Shown one piece after another: positions 17,081 through 25,994 of a stretch of 34,937 nucleotides of DNA (positions within the stretch are counted from its first letter, which is position 1; the number at the start of each line of letters is the position of its first letter). The notes under the pieces are model-generated. The model did no database searches. It saw only the letters and a list, made by a program, of their open reading frames with translations, and was not told where the DNA came from. The DNA comes from a virus. Lineage: Duplodnaviria > Caudoviricetes. Location of the stretch: positions 1 through 34,937 of IMG/VR virus record IMGVR_UViG_3300035050_000072. One strand, 5' to 3'. Position numbers and translations under genes: made by a program.

Positions 17081-19105
17081 TCAGCCCTCCGCTACAACAA
17101 CGCACCGGCAACCCCGGTGCAACCCAGGGTAAAGAGTCCGCCGGAACTTTACCGGGTTGCCGTCCTGGTCTTGGAACTCCTCGTCACCGTCAGTAAATGC
17201 CTGTGATTTTTTCGCCACGGTCCGCCCTTCAAGCTGTTTGCACAGCGGGCAGGTATCGCCGCCGCGATTGCGCCAGGTCAGCCGATAGCCAGCGCCCAGA
17301 ATGACCGCCCGCGCCACCATGCCCATAGTACCGGTTGTGGTTTCGTCGGTTTCCTTGCCAGCGCGTTTTTCTTTCCACTCGTCCAGCCGCTCCTGCACTG
17401 CCTCCAGGTCCTTCTCTTGGCTCAAGCTCAGCAGCTGCCCGCGCGATGCCCCGACATATCGCCGGACAAAGCCGTCGATATAGTCCCGCGCGTCCTCCTC
17501 GATCTCCTCAAAATCGAAATCCTCCAGGGCAACCTCTTCGGCCACAACGTCCTGTAGCGCCTCGGCATAGGCCAGCAGGACAGACCGAACGTTTTTGTCG
17601 ACGTAGCCGACAAAATCCCGGTAAAACTCAACCAGCCAATCCTCAAAGTCCGGGTCGCTCCGGTCCTTTTGGATCTTCTCGACCTGTCGACCGATTGCCA
17701 GGGTTTCGCGGTTGACAACTTTCTGCAACGCCTCGGAAATCAAAGGCGCGTACCGGTTTTTTATCCGGTCACGCGCCTTGATAATCTGGTCTGTTTTTCG
17801 CTTTTCAATCGCCCGCCGTTGCCGGGCCTTCTTGTCCGGTTCCGGCGGTTCGTTCGGCGGCGGTTGCCCCTGGTCGTCGCTCTGGATCTCCTGCAGTTGG
17901 TCGGCCGGGACAAGGTTGAGCTGTAGATAAGTTTTGTCTGCCCACGGCTCCTCTATGGGGTTTTCGTCCTCAAGTTCCATAATCCGGTTCGGAGTAATTG
18001 ACCCGGTTGCAAACCGCATCTTGTAATATTCGCCACGGCTCTTTTCGTCGCCGCGCAACAAGGCGTTTGCATTGTGTCGCACCGAATACTTGCCGCGCTC
18101 GTGCGGCTGGAGTAAAAACATTTCGTAACTCTGTTCCAGCTTTACAAACCATGGCCGGAAGCTATAGGTGATCAGCTCCAGGCTCTGCTGCTGCATGTTT
18201 GAATAATTGGAGTGTGACAGATCCTTCAAAACGTGCGGCGGCAGATTAAACCAGCGCGCAACGTCGGAAATAGAAAACTGGCGGCCCTCTAACAGCTGGC
18301 TTTCGTTCGGGTTGACGCCGACGGTCTTAACCTTCATACCTTCTTCGGCGACCATCGCTTTATGCGATTTTCCAAGACTAGCGTAGGCGGTTGCCAGGGA
18401 TTTGGTCAGGTTCGCATGCGCCTGGTCGCCCAGCTTGTCGGGGTGCTCGAAAATCACGCCCATGTTGCTGCCATTCTTGAAAAACAGGTTGGCAAATGAG
18501 CGCATAGCCAACAGCAAACCGATACTGTTTTTGCTGTGCTCGATCATGGACAGCCCCAAGACCCCGTTGCCAAAACCGGGCACGCGCAAAATGTCGTACT
18601 GGTCAAAAATCTTTTCCTGATAAACGCCGCTTTCGTCCAATGGATCGCCTAAAATGATCCGATATTTTAACCGGCCGTTCACCCGTTTAACCTTGCTCAC
18701 GCGGTCAGGGTGTACCGGCCAAAGGGCCGCAACACGGCCCATTTTGTCGCGCTGAATAATCGAAATGGCGGTGCCCCATAGGGCCTGATAAAAAATACAG
18801 GTTTCCCGCCAGGTCATCGCTACCATTTCCGGGTTGGCTTGCACGTTCAGGCGCTGGTGCAGGTAGTGTTCGCGCTGCTTTACCCGCTGGCGGCCGATTG
18901 TTTTCATAACCGGGCACGGCAGGCTGGCAATATTCGACGCCAGAAACGACAAGGCGCACCACACAGCAGACTCGGACAGCATAGAGTCCGCATCGACAAC
19001 GACCCCGGACTCGGAAACGCTGCCGCCGCCGAAAAAATCAATCAACCAGCGCGACGGATTTTTCAGGTTTGAGTTGCTGCGCATTATTTCGCCGAAAAAG
19101 CCCAT
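17081..19105 (-). CDS. HK97-family portal protein with C-terminal MuF-like extension
   Basis: FKNGSNMG, AMVAEEGMK, VARWFNLPPH, ITPNRIMELED; then Pro linker, helical region and TW...DTCPLC...PGLHRGCRC. Confidence 0.92.
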   Translation of the reverse strand: MGFFGEIMRSNSNLKNPSRWLIDFFGGGSVSESGVVVDADSMLSESAVWCALSFLASNIASLPCPVMKTIGRQRVKQREHYLHQRLNVQANPEMVAMTWRETCIFYQALWGTAISIIQRDKMGRVAALWPVHPDRVSKVKRVNGRLKYRIILGDPLDESGVYQEKIFDQYDILRVPGFGNGVLGLSMIEHSKNSIGLLLAMRSFANLFFKNGSNMGVIFEHPDKLGDQAHANLTKSLATAYASLGKSHKAMVAEEGMKVKTVGVNPNESQLLEGRQFSISDVARWFNLPPHVLKDLSHSNYSNMQQQSLELITYSFRPWFVKLEQSYEMFLLQPHERGKYSVRHNANALLRGDEKSRGEYYKMRFATGSITPNRIMELEDENPIEEPWADKTYLQLNLVPADQLQEIQSDDQGQPPPNEPPEPDKKARQRRAIEKRKTDQIIKARDRIKNRYAPLISEALQKVVNRETLAIGRQVEKIQKDRSDPDFEDWLVEFYRDFVGYVDKNVRSVLLAYAEALQDVVAEEVALEDFDFEEIEEDARDYIDGFVRRYVGASRGQLLSLSQEKDLEAVQERLDEWKEKRAGKETDETTTGTMGMVARAVILGAGYRLTWRNRGGDTCPLCKQLEGRTVAKKSQAFTDGDEEFQDQDGNPVKFRRTLYPGLHRGCRCVVVAEG

Positions 19106-19302
19106 TATTGCCTATTTCTCCCGGTTGGGATTTTGGTGGTTGTTTTTGTCGCAGCAGCCAACCCAACGACAGCAAAAACCCCGCCCGACACCATTAGTGC
19201 AACAGGGCGACCGAACTGCTCGTAAACTCCCCAGGCAAAAACAGCCAACCCGGCAACGATAAGCAGGTCGAAAACGTCGAACTTTTGTTTTTTTGCGCTC
19301 AA
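19105..19302 (-). CDS. Small two-TM membrane protein between terL and portal
   Basis: Two hydrophobic segments; overlaps both neighbours (translational coupling). Confidence 0.75.
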   Translation of the reverse strand: MSAKKQKFDVFDLLIVAGLAVFAWGVYEQFGRPVALMVSGGVFAVVGLAAATKTTTKIPTGRNRQ

Positions 19303-21011
19303 AATGTCAGCACTCCCCGCTGTTCGTAAACGCTGCCGCCGCCGTCCTCAACCATGGCCCGACACATGGCGTTAATCGTTGCCACCGCGCCGTCGATTTT
19401 GCTTTCCTTGTCCTCTTTGAACGGAAAAACGTTTCCCTTTTTGTCCTCGTAGGCCATGACGTTCGAAAAACACCAATATGTGACCGGGTTTGCGTCGTGG
19501 TGAAGTTTTCCGTCAGAGATAACCGCGTCTAGCTCTTTCATTGGCTCGGACAACATGCTCGGCGTCTGGCTTATTTCGGTTGTCGCTATATCCTCAGTTT
19601 CAAGCTCGTTTATAAGCTGCTGCGCGTTCCAGGGGTCGTTGCAGACCTCGCCGCCACCATTATCAGATCCGGCCAGGTCGTGATCCTTGGCAAGCTGAAG
19701 AATGTCCGCCTTAATAACCCCGTAATCAATCCGGCTTCCAGGAGTTAACGTGATATAGCCGTCGTGTGCCCAGCCGGCATAATGCGCCCTGTCCTCGCCT
19801 TTGGCCTCCTCCTCCGGCAAGTAGTACCGGGAAAAAAGAAAATAATCATCGCCGCGCTTGAATAGCAGCATCAGGGCCGCCAGGTCTTTTTTTGCCGCCA
19901 GGTCCAGGCCGGCCCATACCGGCTCGCCGTAAAAATCGTTAATATCCAGCAGCGAGTCGCCGCAGCGCTCAAACTCAACCATATTGAAAAACGCTTCGCC
20001 GGCGTTGCTCCATAGGTTCAAGTGCTTACATTTAAGAATGTTTTGCTTGCGGGCGTCGCGGATCGCCGTCTGGTGCTGGCGTTTTAGGTAGTCCTCAAAA
20101 ACAGAAACCCCGAAACCGGGGTTTGCTTTTTTCCAAACGTCAAAGTCGGTCCAGTCGTCGTCCTGGTCGATCGTATAAATCAGGGTAAACAGCTGGTCGT
20201 CGACAATCTCGCCGCTTAAAACCTTGATCGCCTGCTGCCGCCGGTGATAACAGGGCGACGCGGTATTGGTTCCGGCGGTCGTGATAACGGCCAAAATCGG
20301 CTGTTCGCGGGACCCCATGCCGGTTGCGAAACAATCATAAAGATGATCGTTTGGGTGCTCGTGGTACTCGTCAACGATCCCGCAATGCACGCTGGCACCG
20401 TCGCCAGGCTTTCCGACGACGGCCTCAAACCGGGATCCGGTTTTCATGCTGTAAATGTTGCCGGGGTTTTTGTCGGTGCCGCCTAACTCGACGCCAAAAC
20501 GCCGCCGAAACGACGGCAGGCGTTTTGCCATCAGCCAAGCCGGCCGGAAAACTTCGTGCGCCTGCGATAACCCGGTCGCGCCGCTGTAAACCTCCGCGCC
20601 AGGTTCGCCGTCGGCGGCAAACATGAAATTCCCCAAGACCGCGCCTTTGGTTGATTTCGCGTTTTTCCTCGGAATCTCCGCGTAAATCTCACGAAATCGG
20701 CGCAGCTTATCGGATTTGCGCAGCCAGCCAAACGGGACCGCAAAAAAAAAGCATTGCCAAGGCTGCAGGACAAGCGGCGTGCCGGCCCACTTGCCCTTGA
20801 CGTGTGGCATCATTTCCGCGAACTGGCAGACCTTCTCGGCCGCGTCTTTGTCCCAGCGGTACGGAAAATCGGCGTTTTTCTCGCAGGCCAGGTCGTTCAG
20901 GTGCCTCTTGCATGCCTGGATAACATACAAGCAAGCCGGGATTTTGCCGGCCACCACGCCCCGCGCGTATCGGTTCGCTTTGTTCACATGCGGGTAACGC
21001 TCTTTTGCCAT
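19299..21011 (-). CDS. terL: Terminase large subunit
   Basis: LQPWQ, IPRKNAKST, IVDEYH, ITTAG, GLDLA, KIDGAVA. Confidence 0.97.
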   Translation of the reverse strand: MAKERYPHVNKANRYARGVVAGKIPACLYVIQACKRHLNDLACEKNADFPYRWDKDAAEKVCQFAEMMPHVKGKWAGTPLVLQPWQCFFFAVPFGWLRKSDKLRRFREIYAEIPRKNAKSTKGAVLGNFMFAADGEPGAEVYSGATGLSQAHEVFRPAWLMAKRLPSFRRRFGVELGGTDKNPGNIYSMKTGSRFEAVVGKPGDGASVHCGIVDEYHEHPNDHLYDCFATGMGSREQPILAVITTAGTNTASPCYHRRQQAIKVLSGEIVDDQLFTLIYTIDQDDDWTDFDVWKKANPGFGVSVFEDYLKRQHQTAIRDARKQNILKCKHLNLWSNAGEAFFNMVEFERCGDSLLDINDFYGEPVWAGLDLAAKKDLAALMLLFKRGDDYFLFSRYYLPEEEAKGEDRAHYAGWAHDGYITLTPGSRIDYGVIKADILQLAKDHDLAGSDNGGGEVCNDPWNAQQLINELETEDIATTEISQTPSMLSEPMKELDAVISDGKLHHDANPVTYWCFSNVMAYEDKKGNVFPFKEDKESKIDGAVATINAMCRAMVEDGGGSVYEQRGVLTF

Positions 21012-21022
21012 TGGTCAGCCTC

Positions 21023-21508
21023 TTAACCGAAATTCTCCCAAGGGTCCGCTTCTTCGTTCCCACCCCCACCGTTGGCAGAAACCTTGCTAATTGCCGCCGG
21101 GGTCAGGCCAAACTCGGAAAGCAAGCTTTGCAGGTGGCGCATGGCTTCGGATCTCTGCGAAACGGCCGGGTGCCCCTTAATCATCACCTTGACCTGCCCG
21201 CCCTTCGTTGCGGTTTCGCTCCGATAGGTCCGGCCCTCATTGGCGATGATCTCGTTGCAAGCCTCTATCTCGGCAACGCGCATGGCGATCATGGCGGCCG
21301 CCTCGGTCCAGCTCGCGGAATCCAGGTTATAAACGCTAATCCGATCCCGGATCGTCAGGAAATGCGCGACGCAATCTTCCGGCAGCCACTCCGGCACAGT
21401 CAGCCCGTCGCCGTCCTGGTTCGGTGCGTCAGGGTTTGCCCGATCGCTCCGGAAAGTGCCCTGGACAACTTTCATGCTGTCCGGTTTTTTCTTGCGTCCC
21501 TGTGCCAT
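21023..21508 (-). CDS. terS: Terminase small subunit, P27 family
   Basis: GRKKKPDSMKVVQGT, VPEWL, HPAV, EFGLTPAA. Confidence 0.93.
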   Translation of the reverse strand: MAQGRKKKPDSMKVVQGTFRSDRANPDAPNQDGDGLTVPEWLPEDCVAHFLTIRDRISVYNLDSASWTEAAAMIAMRVAEIEACNEIIANEGRTYRSETATKGGQVKVMIKGHPAVSQRSEAMRHLQSLLSEFGLTPAAISKVSANGGGGNEEADPWENFG

Positions 21509-21519
21509 TGATTCGCCCT

Positions 21520-21615
21520 AAAAAATTTCCCCGAATTTGACATAGCGAGTAAAAGGCTGCCCTCCCGGTCTAGCGATTTTTGCCGCCAGTGATCTCGACC
21601 GCCCCTCCCCCCCCC
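21520..21615. other. Candidate cos packaging region
   Basis: Non-coding gap between HNH and terS, where HK97-like phages carry cos; G-run/GGGGCGGTC motif on minus strand; exact nick site not determinable. Confidence 0.5.
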
Positions 21616-21987
21616 TCAGTCATTCCCAAAGCCTCCGTCCTCGCTCGCGGTCTTGCGTGAATGGCACGCATGACATAACGCCTGCCAGTTATTCCGATCC
21701 CAAAACAAAACGGGGTCGCCCTTGTGCGGCCGGATATGGTCAACATCCGTCGCCACGGTAACGCGGCCCCGTTGCTGGCACTCAGCACACAGCGGATGAG
21801 CTGTCAGGAAAGCAGAGCGGGCGCGCTGCCATCGTGAGCCATAACCCCGACTTGCTGCAGATCCCCGCCGCTTGTCGCGGTCGCGGTCTGCCTGTTTGCG
21901 CTTCGGCTCGCACCGGTCACAATAGCCGCTGCTATTCCTGGTCGGCTTTCTGCAGCGCTTGCACGGTCGCGCGGGCTTTGTCGGCAT
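21616..21987 (-). CDS. Packaging-associated HNH endonuclease (HK97 gp74-like)
   Basis: ATG 21987; RGYGSRWQRAR, HPLCAEC, VDHIRPHKGD, NWQALCHACHSRKT. Confidence 0.95.
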   Translation of the reverse strand: MPTKPARPCKRCRKPTRNSSGYCDRCEPKRKQADRDRDKRRGSAASRGYGSRWQRARSAFLTAHPLCAECQQRGRVTVATDVDHIRPHKGDPVLFWDRNNWQALCHACHSRKTASEDGGFGND

Positions 21988-22024
21988 GGCTTGGAATCCG
22001 TTGGTCTCGGGTCTGCTCTGTTGG

Positions 22025-22064
22025 AAAAAAGAAAGCCCAACGGAAAAGGAACCGTCGGGCTTTC
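22025..22064 (-). terminator. Terminator-like hairpin upstream of late operon
   Basis: GAAAGCCCGACGG-TTCCTTTT-CCGTTGGGCTTTC-TTTTTT. Confidence 0.75.
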
Positions 22065-22184
22065 GGGTACGGGAGAAAAAGAAACGATGTCCGCTCACAA
22101 TCTTTGAGCTTGCCGGGATGATACCCCGTCGACCGCCTGCATGCAAAGCATTATTTTAACATTTTGTGAAATAATCGGCCGGTC

Positions 22185-22805
22185 CAATTTGCAACAGACT
22201 AACGTACTGGAATCATTAAAGAAAACCGCCCCCTGTTGCAACCGTTGTAAATCCAAAAAAAATTGTAGCAAGCTTAAGTCGTTGAAATCATTATGTGTTC
22301 AGCCCCTTTTACAACAATACAACAATATTTAGAGAAATATAGATATATATATAGGAGCGCCTCACATATTGTACGCATCGCGCTATGCGTATCACGCGCT
22401 ATACGTGTCTATATATCTATCTATTTCTAAAAACCGTTGCAACTGTTGTAAATCCATTTTTTATTAACAATTTCAAGTTGTTATGCGCGCACGGGCGCTG
22501 TTGCAAATGCATTTTTTGCAACAAAAAAGCGTGCAAAACGTGCTTTTCGGTGGCTGCCGGGTGGCTACTTGGCGACTGCCGGGTTGTGAATGAATCACTG
22601 CGCCGCTTGCGATTGAGGGGAGCGGGGGTTGAACTCTGGTGGGTTCCAGAAAAAAGCCCCTCTATATTTTGCGATTGTAGCAAATTCTGTTGCAAATCGA
22701 AAAAAACCAAATAATTTTAGATAGTTGTGGCTTGCGACATTTGCAACAGTAGATTTTACGCTGTTGCAAATACAGCCAAAGCTTAACAATTCCAGATAGT
22801 TACAA
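22185..22805. repeat. AT-rich region of TGTTGCAA-type repeats and palindromes; putative replication origin
   Basis: TGTTGCAA/TTGCAACA near 22189, 22234, 22499, 22516, 22688, 22741 and 22762, plus variants; long imperfect inverted repeat 22308-22452; downstream of primase-helicase. Confidence 0.65.
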
Positions 22806-22885
22806 AACCGCCACGTGTAGCAGCACGTAAACGGTTACTCCTCGGCTGCTTCTGGCTCTCTTGCGGGCGGGTTTGCCGTTTTGTT

Positions 22886-22913
22886 AAAAAAATAGCCGGG
22901 GAAATCCCCGGCT
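22886..22913 (-). terminator. Intrinsic terminator ending replication operon
   Basis: AGCCGGGGA-TT-TCCCCGGCT-ATTTTTTT, 6 nt after primase stop. Confidence 0.8.
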
Positions 22914-22919
22914 TCAATA

Positions 22920-25688
22920 TCAATCCAACACGGATTGATCCAAAAAAACGCCCCGCGACCGGACTCCCGGCGAAAAGGTTATTCCGTTTGTTTTTTCCGC
23001 CAAGGGCAGCCGTAACAGTAACCCGCGCCAACCGTTTACCCAGGGTGTGTTCCTGAGTATCTGCTTTATCTTTTCTGCCGTATTGCTGACAATAAAACCC
23101 GTCTGCACCCCTTCGACGCCGACCGTACCAGACACCCCAGTAACAGACCGTATTCCATAAATACGGATAACCTCTTCGGCGGCTCGTTGCTGGTCTGTCG
23201 TCTCGGCGTAGCCGATCGCCCGCAACACTAACTCGCCCAGGGTTGTTTCCCGGTCTTTAATCTTGACCACGTGCCCCAGTATGGCAGCCAGACACCGTTT
23301 TTCGTCGCCCTCGTCGTTACTGTCTTGCACGTCCTCCCAACCATCGCCCGCTGCTTTACGCTGTACCCATTCGCGCGCGTCGTCCAGGGTAGCTTCGCCG
23401 GTACGCCCCAAAGTGTAACAGCCCGCAATTAACGCCCCGACCTGGTCGCCGGTGCGCTGGTCGCCGAAATGCTCGCCGCATGCCCGGCGGAATACTTCGT
23501 AATTTCTCCGGATCTGCGGAATCAGGGCCACCGATCGCGCCCGCAACGCCGCGCAGTATTCCGGCGTCAGTAGTTCAAAAACAGATTTCCGCAACCGCTC
23601 GAAACTGTCCGGGCCGCTGTTTTTCGCAAGGGACAGAATTGAAACACGGCTGGCGTCACTCGATTGCGTAATCGAAACGCCGATCGACGAAAACAGAAAA
23701 CAGGACCGGATACGAAACGCGATAGACCGCCCGCCAGCGGAGCCTTTATAAATCGCCCCCTCGCTTTCGCTTGACGCCTGCCGGGCCAGCTCTAACACGG
23801 CCTGGACTCTCTTTTGTGCGGACAGATCCTCCCCTTCGGCCTCGTCAAACACGACTGGTCGCGCATCATTGCCCAGCGTTTGCCGGATCCCGGCCTCGGT
23901 CGTGCTCGCCATAACAGACAGCGCGGATCCGCCGACAGCCGGCTTTATGATGTTTTCAAGCACCCACGTCTTGCCGGTGCCGCGCGCTCCGGTTAACCAC
24001 ATATGCGGTCGCCAGGTCATCGCCCCACATATCGGCGCAATAACGCACCAGCCCGCCAGCAACGCCGCGTTTATCGGTTTGCTCCAGGATAGCGATTCAC
24101 ACAGCGTCAAAAACTGGTTGGCCTCCTCGTTCGATAGCTTGCGCCGGCTTACCTCCTGGTCAAGATCTCGCGCCACCTCGTAAACATAGCGGCTTTCAAA
24201 ACCATCTATACTAGCCACCGTCCCGTTAACGACAAGATGCCCGCCCGTATGCAAAACCGACCGGCCGTTGTCCTCCCAGGCCCCGCGCCCGCGAATCCGC
24301 GACGGATCAAACACCCCTGCCTGGTTGCATTGCATCATAAGCGCGTCGGCTGCCGCGTCCCAGTCCGCGTTTTTCTTGCCCGGATAATGATTATTCCACC
24401 ACGACAACGGCGCAAGCTGCAGTAACGACTTGCCGGTGTGGCCCTCCGGCCGCAGCTCGACAACCTGCTGCGTCTTCCTTGAAAGATAATAATAACTGCC
24501 TCGATCATACCCCAGGCACTGAAACGGCACGCCCGGACTGGTCAGCGTTGGCGCTTCGCTTTCGTTCTCCAGGTCCTCCGGTGCCAGATACTCTTCCGGC
24601 CCGGTCGGCGGTTCCTCGGTCGGCATTGGTGGCGCGTCGTCGGCCGGCGGCTCTGGCTGTGATTGTTCGGCTCGTGCGTTCTCCATACGCGGCTTTAAAA
24701 ATGTCATAATCTGCTTTGATTTAATGCCCGGCTGCTCCTCGATCATGTCCGCGCAGTCCCAGCCGTCCGGCTTTTCTTCCAGCTGATAGCCGATAACTTT
24801 AACCTCGCAGCCGTGCCCGGTCAGGATTTCGGCAATCTTAACCGCAGCCTTCCGGCCTGGTTGATCTTCATAGGGGATTAGTTGCCCTGCCTTTTCGTGG
24901 TTCTCGCCGTAGCGTTGCGAGTCGAAATCCGGCCAAATAACAACCTTACGCCCGGCCAGCGCGGACCAATCCGCCAGGTGTACTGCTTTTGAGCCGCCCG
25001 GCCAGCTGATAACGGGCATTTTGACCAGCGCCTGCAGCGCATCGACGCATTTCTCCCCCTCAACAACGATGATATTTTTATCAGCTGGAAACCTTGACAG
25101 CGCCAGCAGGTTGTAAAGCGGGCGCGGCTTGGGAAACGACAGCCAGCGCCATTCCTGCCGCCCTCGGTCGGACTTCGCCCAGCACATCGGCAAAACCTCT
25201 TTTTTCTGTCTGCCGTCGGCTGTCGTCAGGTTAAACCGGCAGACATAGCCGACGCGCTGCCCGTCCTGGTCGAAATAGTCCCAGATCTGCGCCGGGTTGC
25301 CGTGCTTCCAGTGTCGGAAGTCAGGATCCGGGGCCGACTCCGGCGCGGCCGCCATGGCGGACCACTTCGGGCGGTTCTGTTTTGGCTGTTGCCGTGGCTT
25401 CGGCGGCGGTGCCAACGCGAACTCATCCCCCAGCCGCTTTGCCGCCTCGCCCTGCTCGATGCCGTTAATTGCCGCGTATAGACTGACCGGATCGCTACCG
25501 GAAACAGACCCGGCAAAATCAGACCACTTGCCGGTGTTAATATTGACCTTGCAGGACTTGCCACTGCCGCCGGAAAGGTCGCTGCATTCGTACTCACGCC
25601 CGCGCAGCTTTCCGCCCGGCAGCCAGCATTCCAGCAACGACGGGTAGCGCATCAACGCGGCATTATTTATTCCGTCAAAATCAATCAT
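22920..25688 (-). CDS. Toprim primase fused to P-loop helicase
   Basis: TGKWSDFA N-domain; RPLYNL, VVEGEKCVDA, WPDFD, GWDCAD Toprim motifs; Walker A GARGTGKT and Walker B VVFDEAE. Confidence 0.9.
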   Translation of the reverse strand: MIDFDGINNAALMRYPSLLECWLPGGKLRGREYECSDLSGGSGKSCKVNINTGKWSDFAGSVSGSDPVSLYAAINGIEQGEAAKRLGDEFALAPPPKPRQQPKQNRPKWSAMAAAPESAPDPDFRHWKHGNPAQIWDYFDQDGQRVGYVCRFNLTTADGRQKKEVLPMCWAKSDRGRQEWRWLSFPKPRPLYNLLALSRFPADKNIIVVEGEKCVDALQALVKMPVISWPGGSKAVHLADWSALAGRKVVIWPDFDSQRYGENHEKAGQLIPYEDQPGRKAAVKIAEILTGHGCEVKVIGYQLEEKPDGWDCADMIEEQPGIKSKQIMTFLKPRMENARAEQSQPEPPADDAPPMPTEEPPTGPEEYLAPEDLENESEAPTLTSPGVPFQCLGYDRGSYYYLSRKTQQVVELRPEGHTGKSLLQLAPLSWWNNHYPGKKNADWDAAADALMMQCNQAGVFDPSRIRGRGAWEDNGRSVLHTGGHLVVNGTVASIDGFESRYVYEVARDLDQEVSRRKLSNEEANQFLTLCESLSWSKPINAALLAGWCVIAPICGAMTWRPHMWLTGARGTGKTWVLENIIKPAVGGSALSVMASTTEAGIRQTLGNDARPVVFDEAEGEDLSAQKRVQAVLELARQASSESEGAIYKGSAGGRSIAFRIRSCFLFSSIGVSITQSSDASRVSILSLAKNSGPDSFERLRKSVFELLTPEYCAALRARSVALIPQIRRNYEVFRRACGEHFGDQRTGDQVGALIAGCYTLGRTGEATLDDAREWVQRKAAGDGWEDVQDSNDEGDEKRCLAAILGHVVKIKDRETTLGELVLRAIGYAETTDQQRAAEEVIRIYGIRSVTGVSGTVGVEGVQTGFIVSNTAEKIKQILRNTPWVNGWRGLLLRLPLAEKTNGITFSPGVRSRGVFLDQSVLD

Positions 25689-25731
25689 CTTTTATCCTCG
25701 AAAAATAAAAACAAAAATGTTCGATTTTCTA

Positions 25732-25760
25732 TTGACTTTCGAACATTTTTGTTCGATAAT
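25732..25760 (+). promoter_or_regulatory. Sigma70 promoter of hicAB with overlapping palindromic operator
   Basis: TTGACT-17 bp-GATAAT; TCGAACA-TTTT-TGTTCGA palindrome at 25739-25756. Confidence 0.8.
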
Positions 25761-25766
25761 GTACCC

Positions 25767-25973
25767 ATGAAGCGAGACGAACTGATTAAAAAAATCAAGG
25801 CACTCGGAAAGGAAACAGAAACACCTGTAAGGGTTGAAGAAAAGCGCGGCAAGGGTAGCCACTTGACTTTGTATTACGGCAACAACAAAACCATTATTCC
25901 GAAAGGGGAACTTAAAATCGGCACCCTGCACGCGATTCTCCGACAACTCAAAATTGACAAGGGGGCGCTCTAA
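25767..25973 (+). CDS. hicA: HicA-family mRNA interferase toxin
   Basis: 68 aa, basic; RGKGSH motif, ELKIGTLHAILRQL. Confidence 0.92.
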   Translation: MKRDELIKKIKALGKETETPVRVEEKRGKGSHLTLYYGNNKTIIPKGELKIGTLHAILRQLKIDKGAL

Positions 25974-25994
25974 GCGCCCCAGAAAGGCTATACA

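Noticed and set aside
22090-22101. lac-operator-like ATTGTGAGCGGA on the minus strand
   Set aside because: Only a partial match without the symmetric half, and no vector context; likely chance
22308-22452. Protelomerase telRL site
   Set aside because: The palindrome is imperfect and no protelomerase gene is in the window; an origin fits better
22141-23031. Short ORFs in the AT-rich region
   Set aside because: They translate repeats and palindromes, lack an RBS and overlap on both strands
25740-25755. LexA Cheo box
   Set aside because: Spacing is CGAAC-N6-GTTCG rather than N4; position fits a HicB operator
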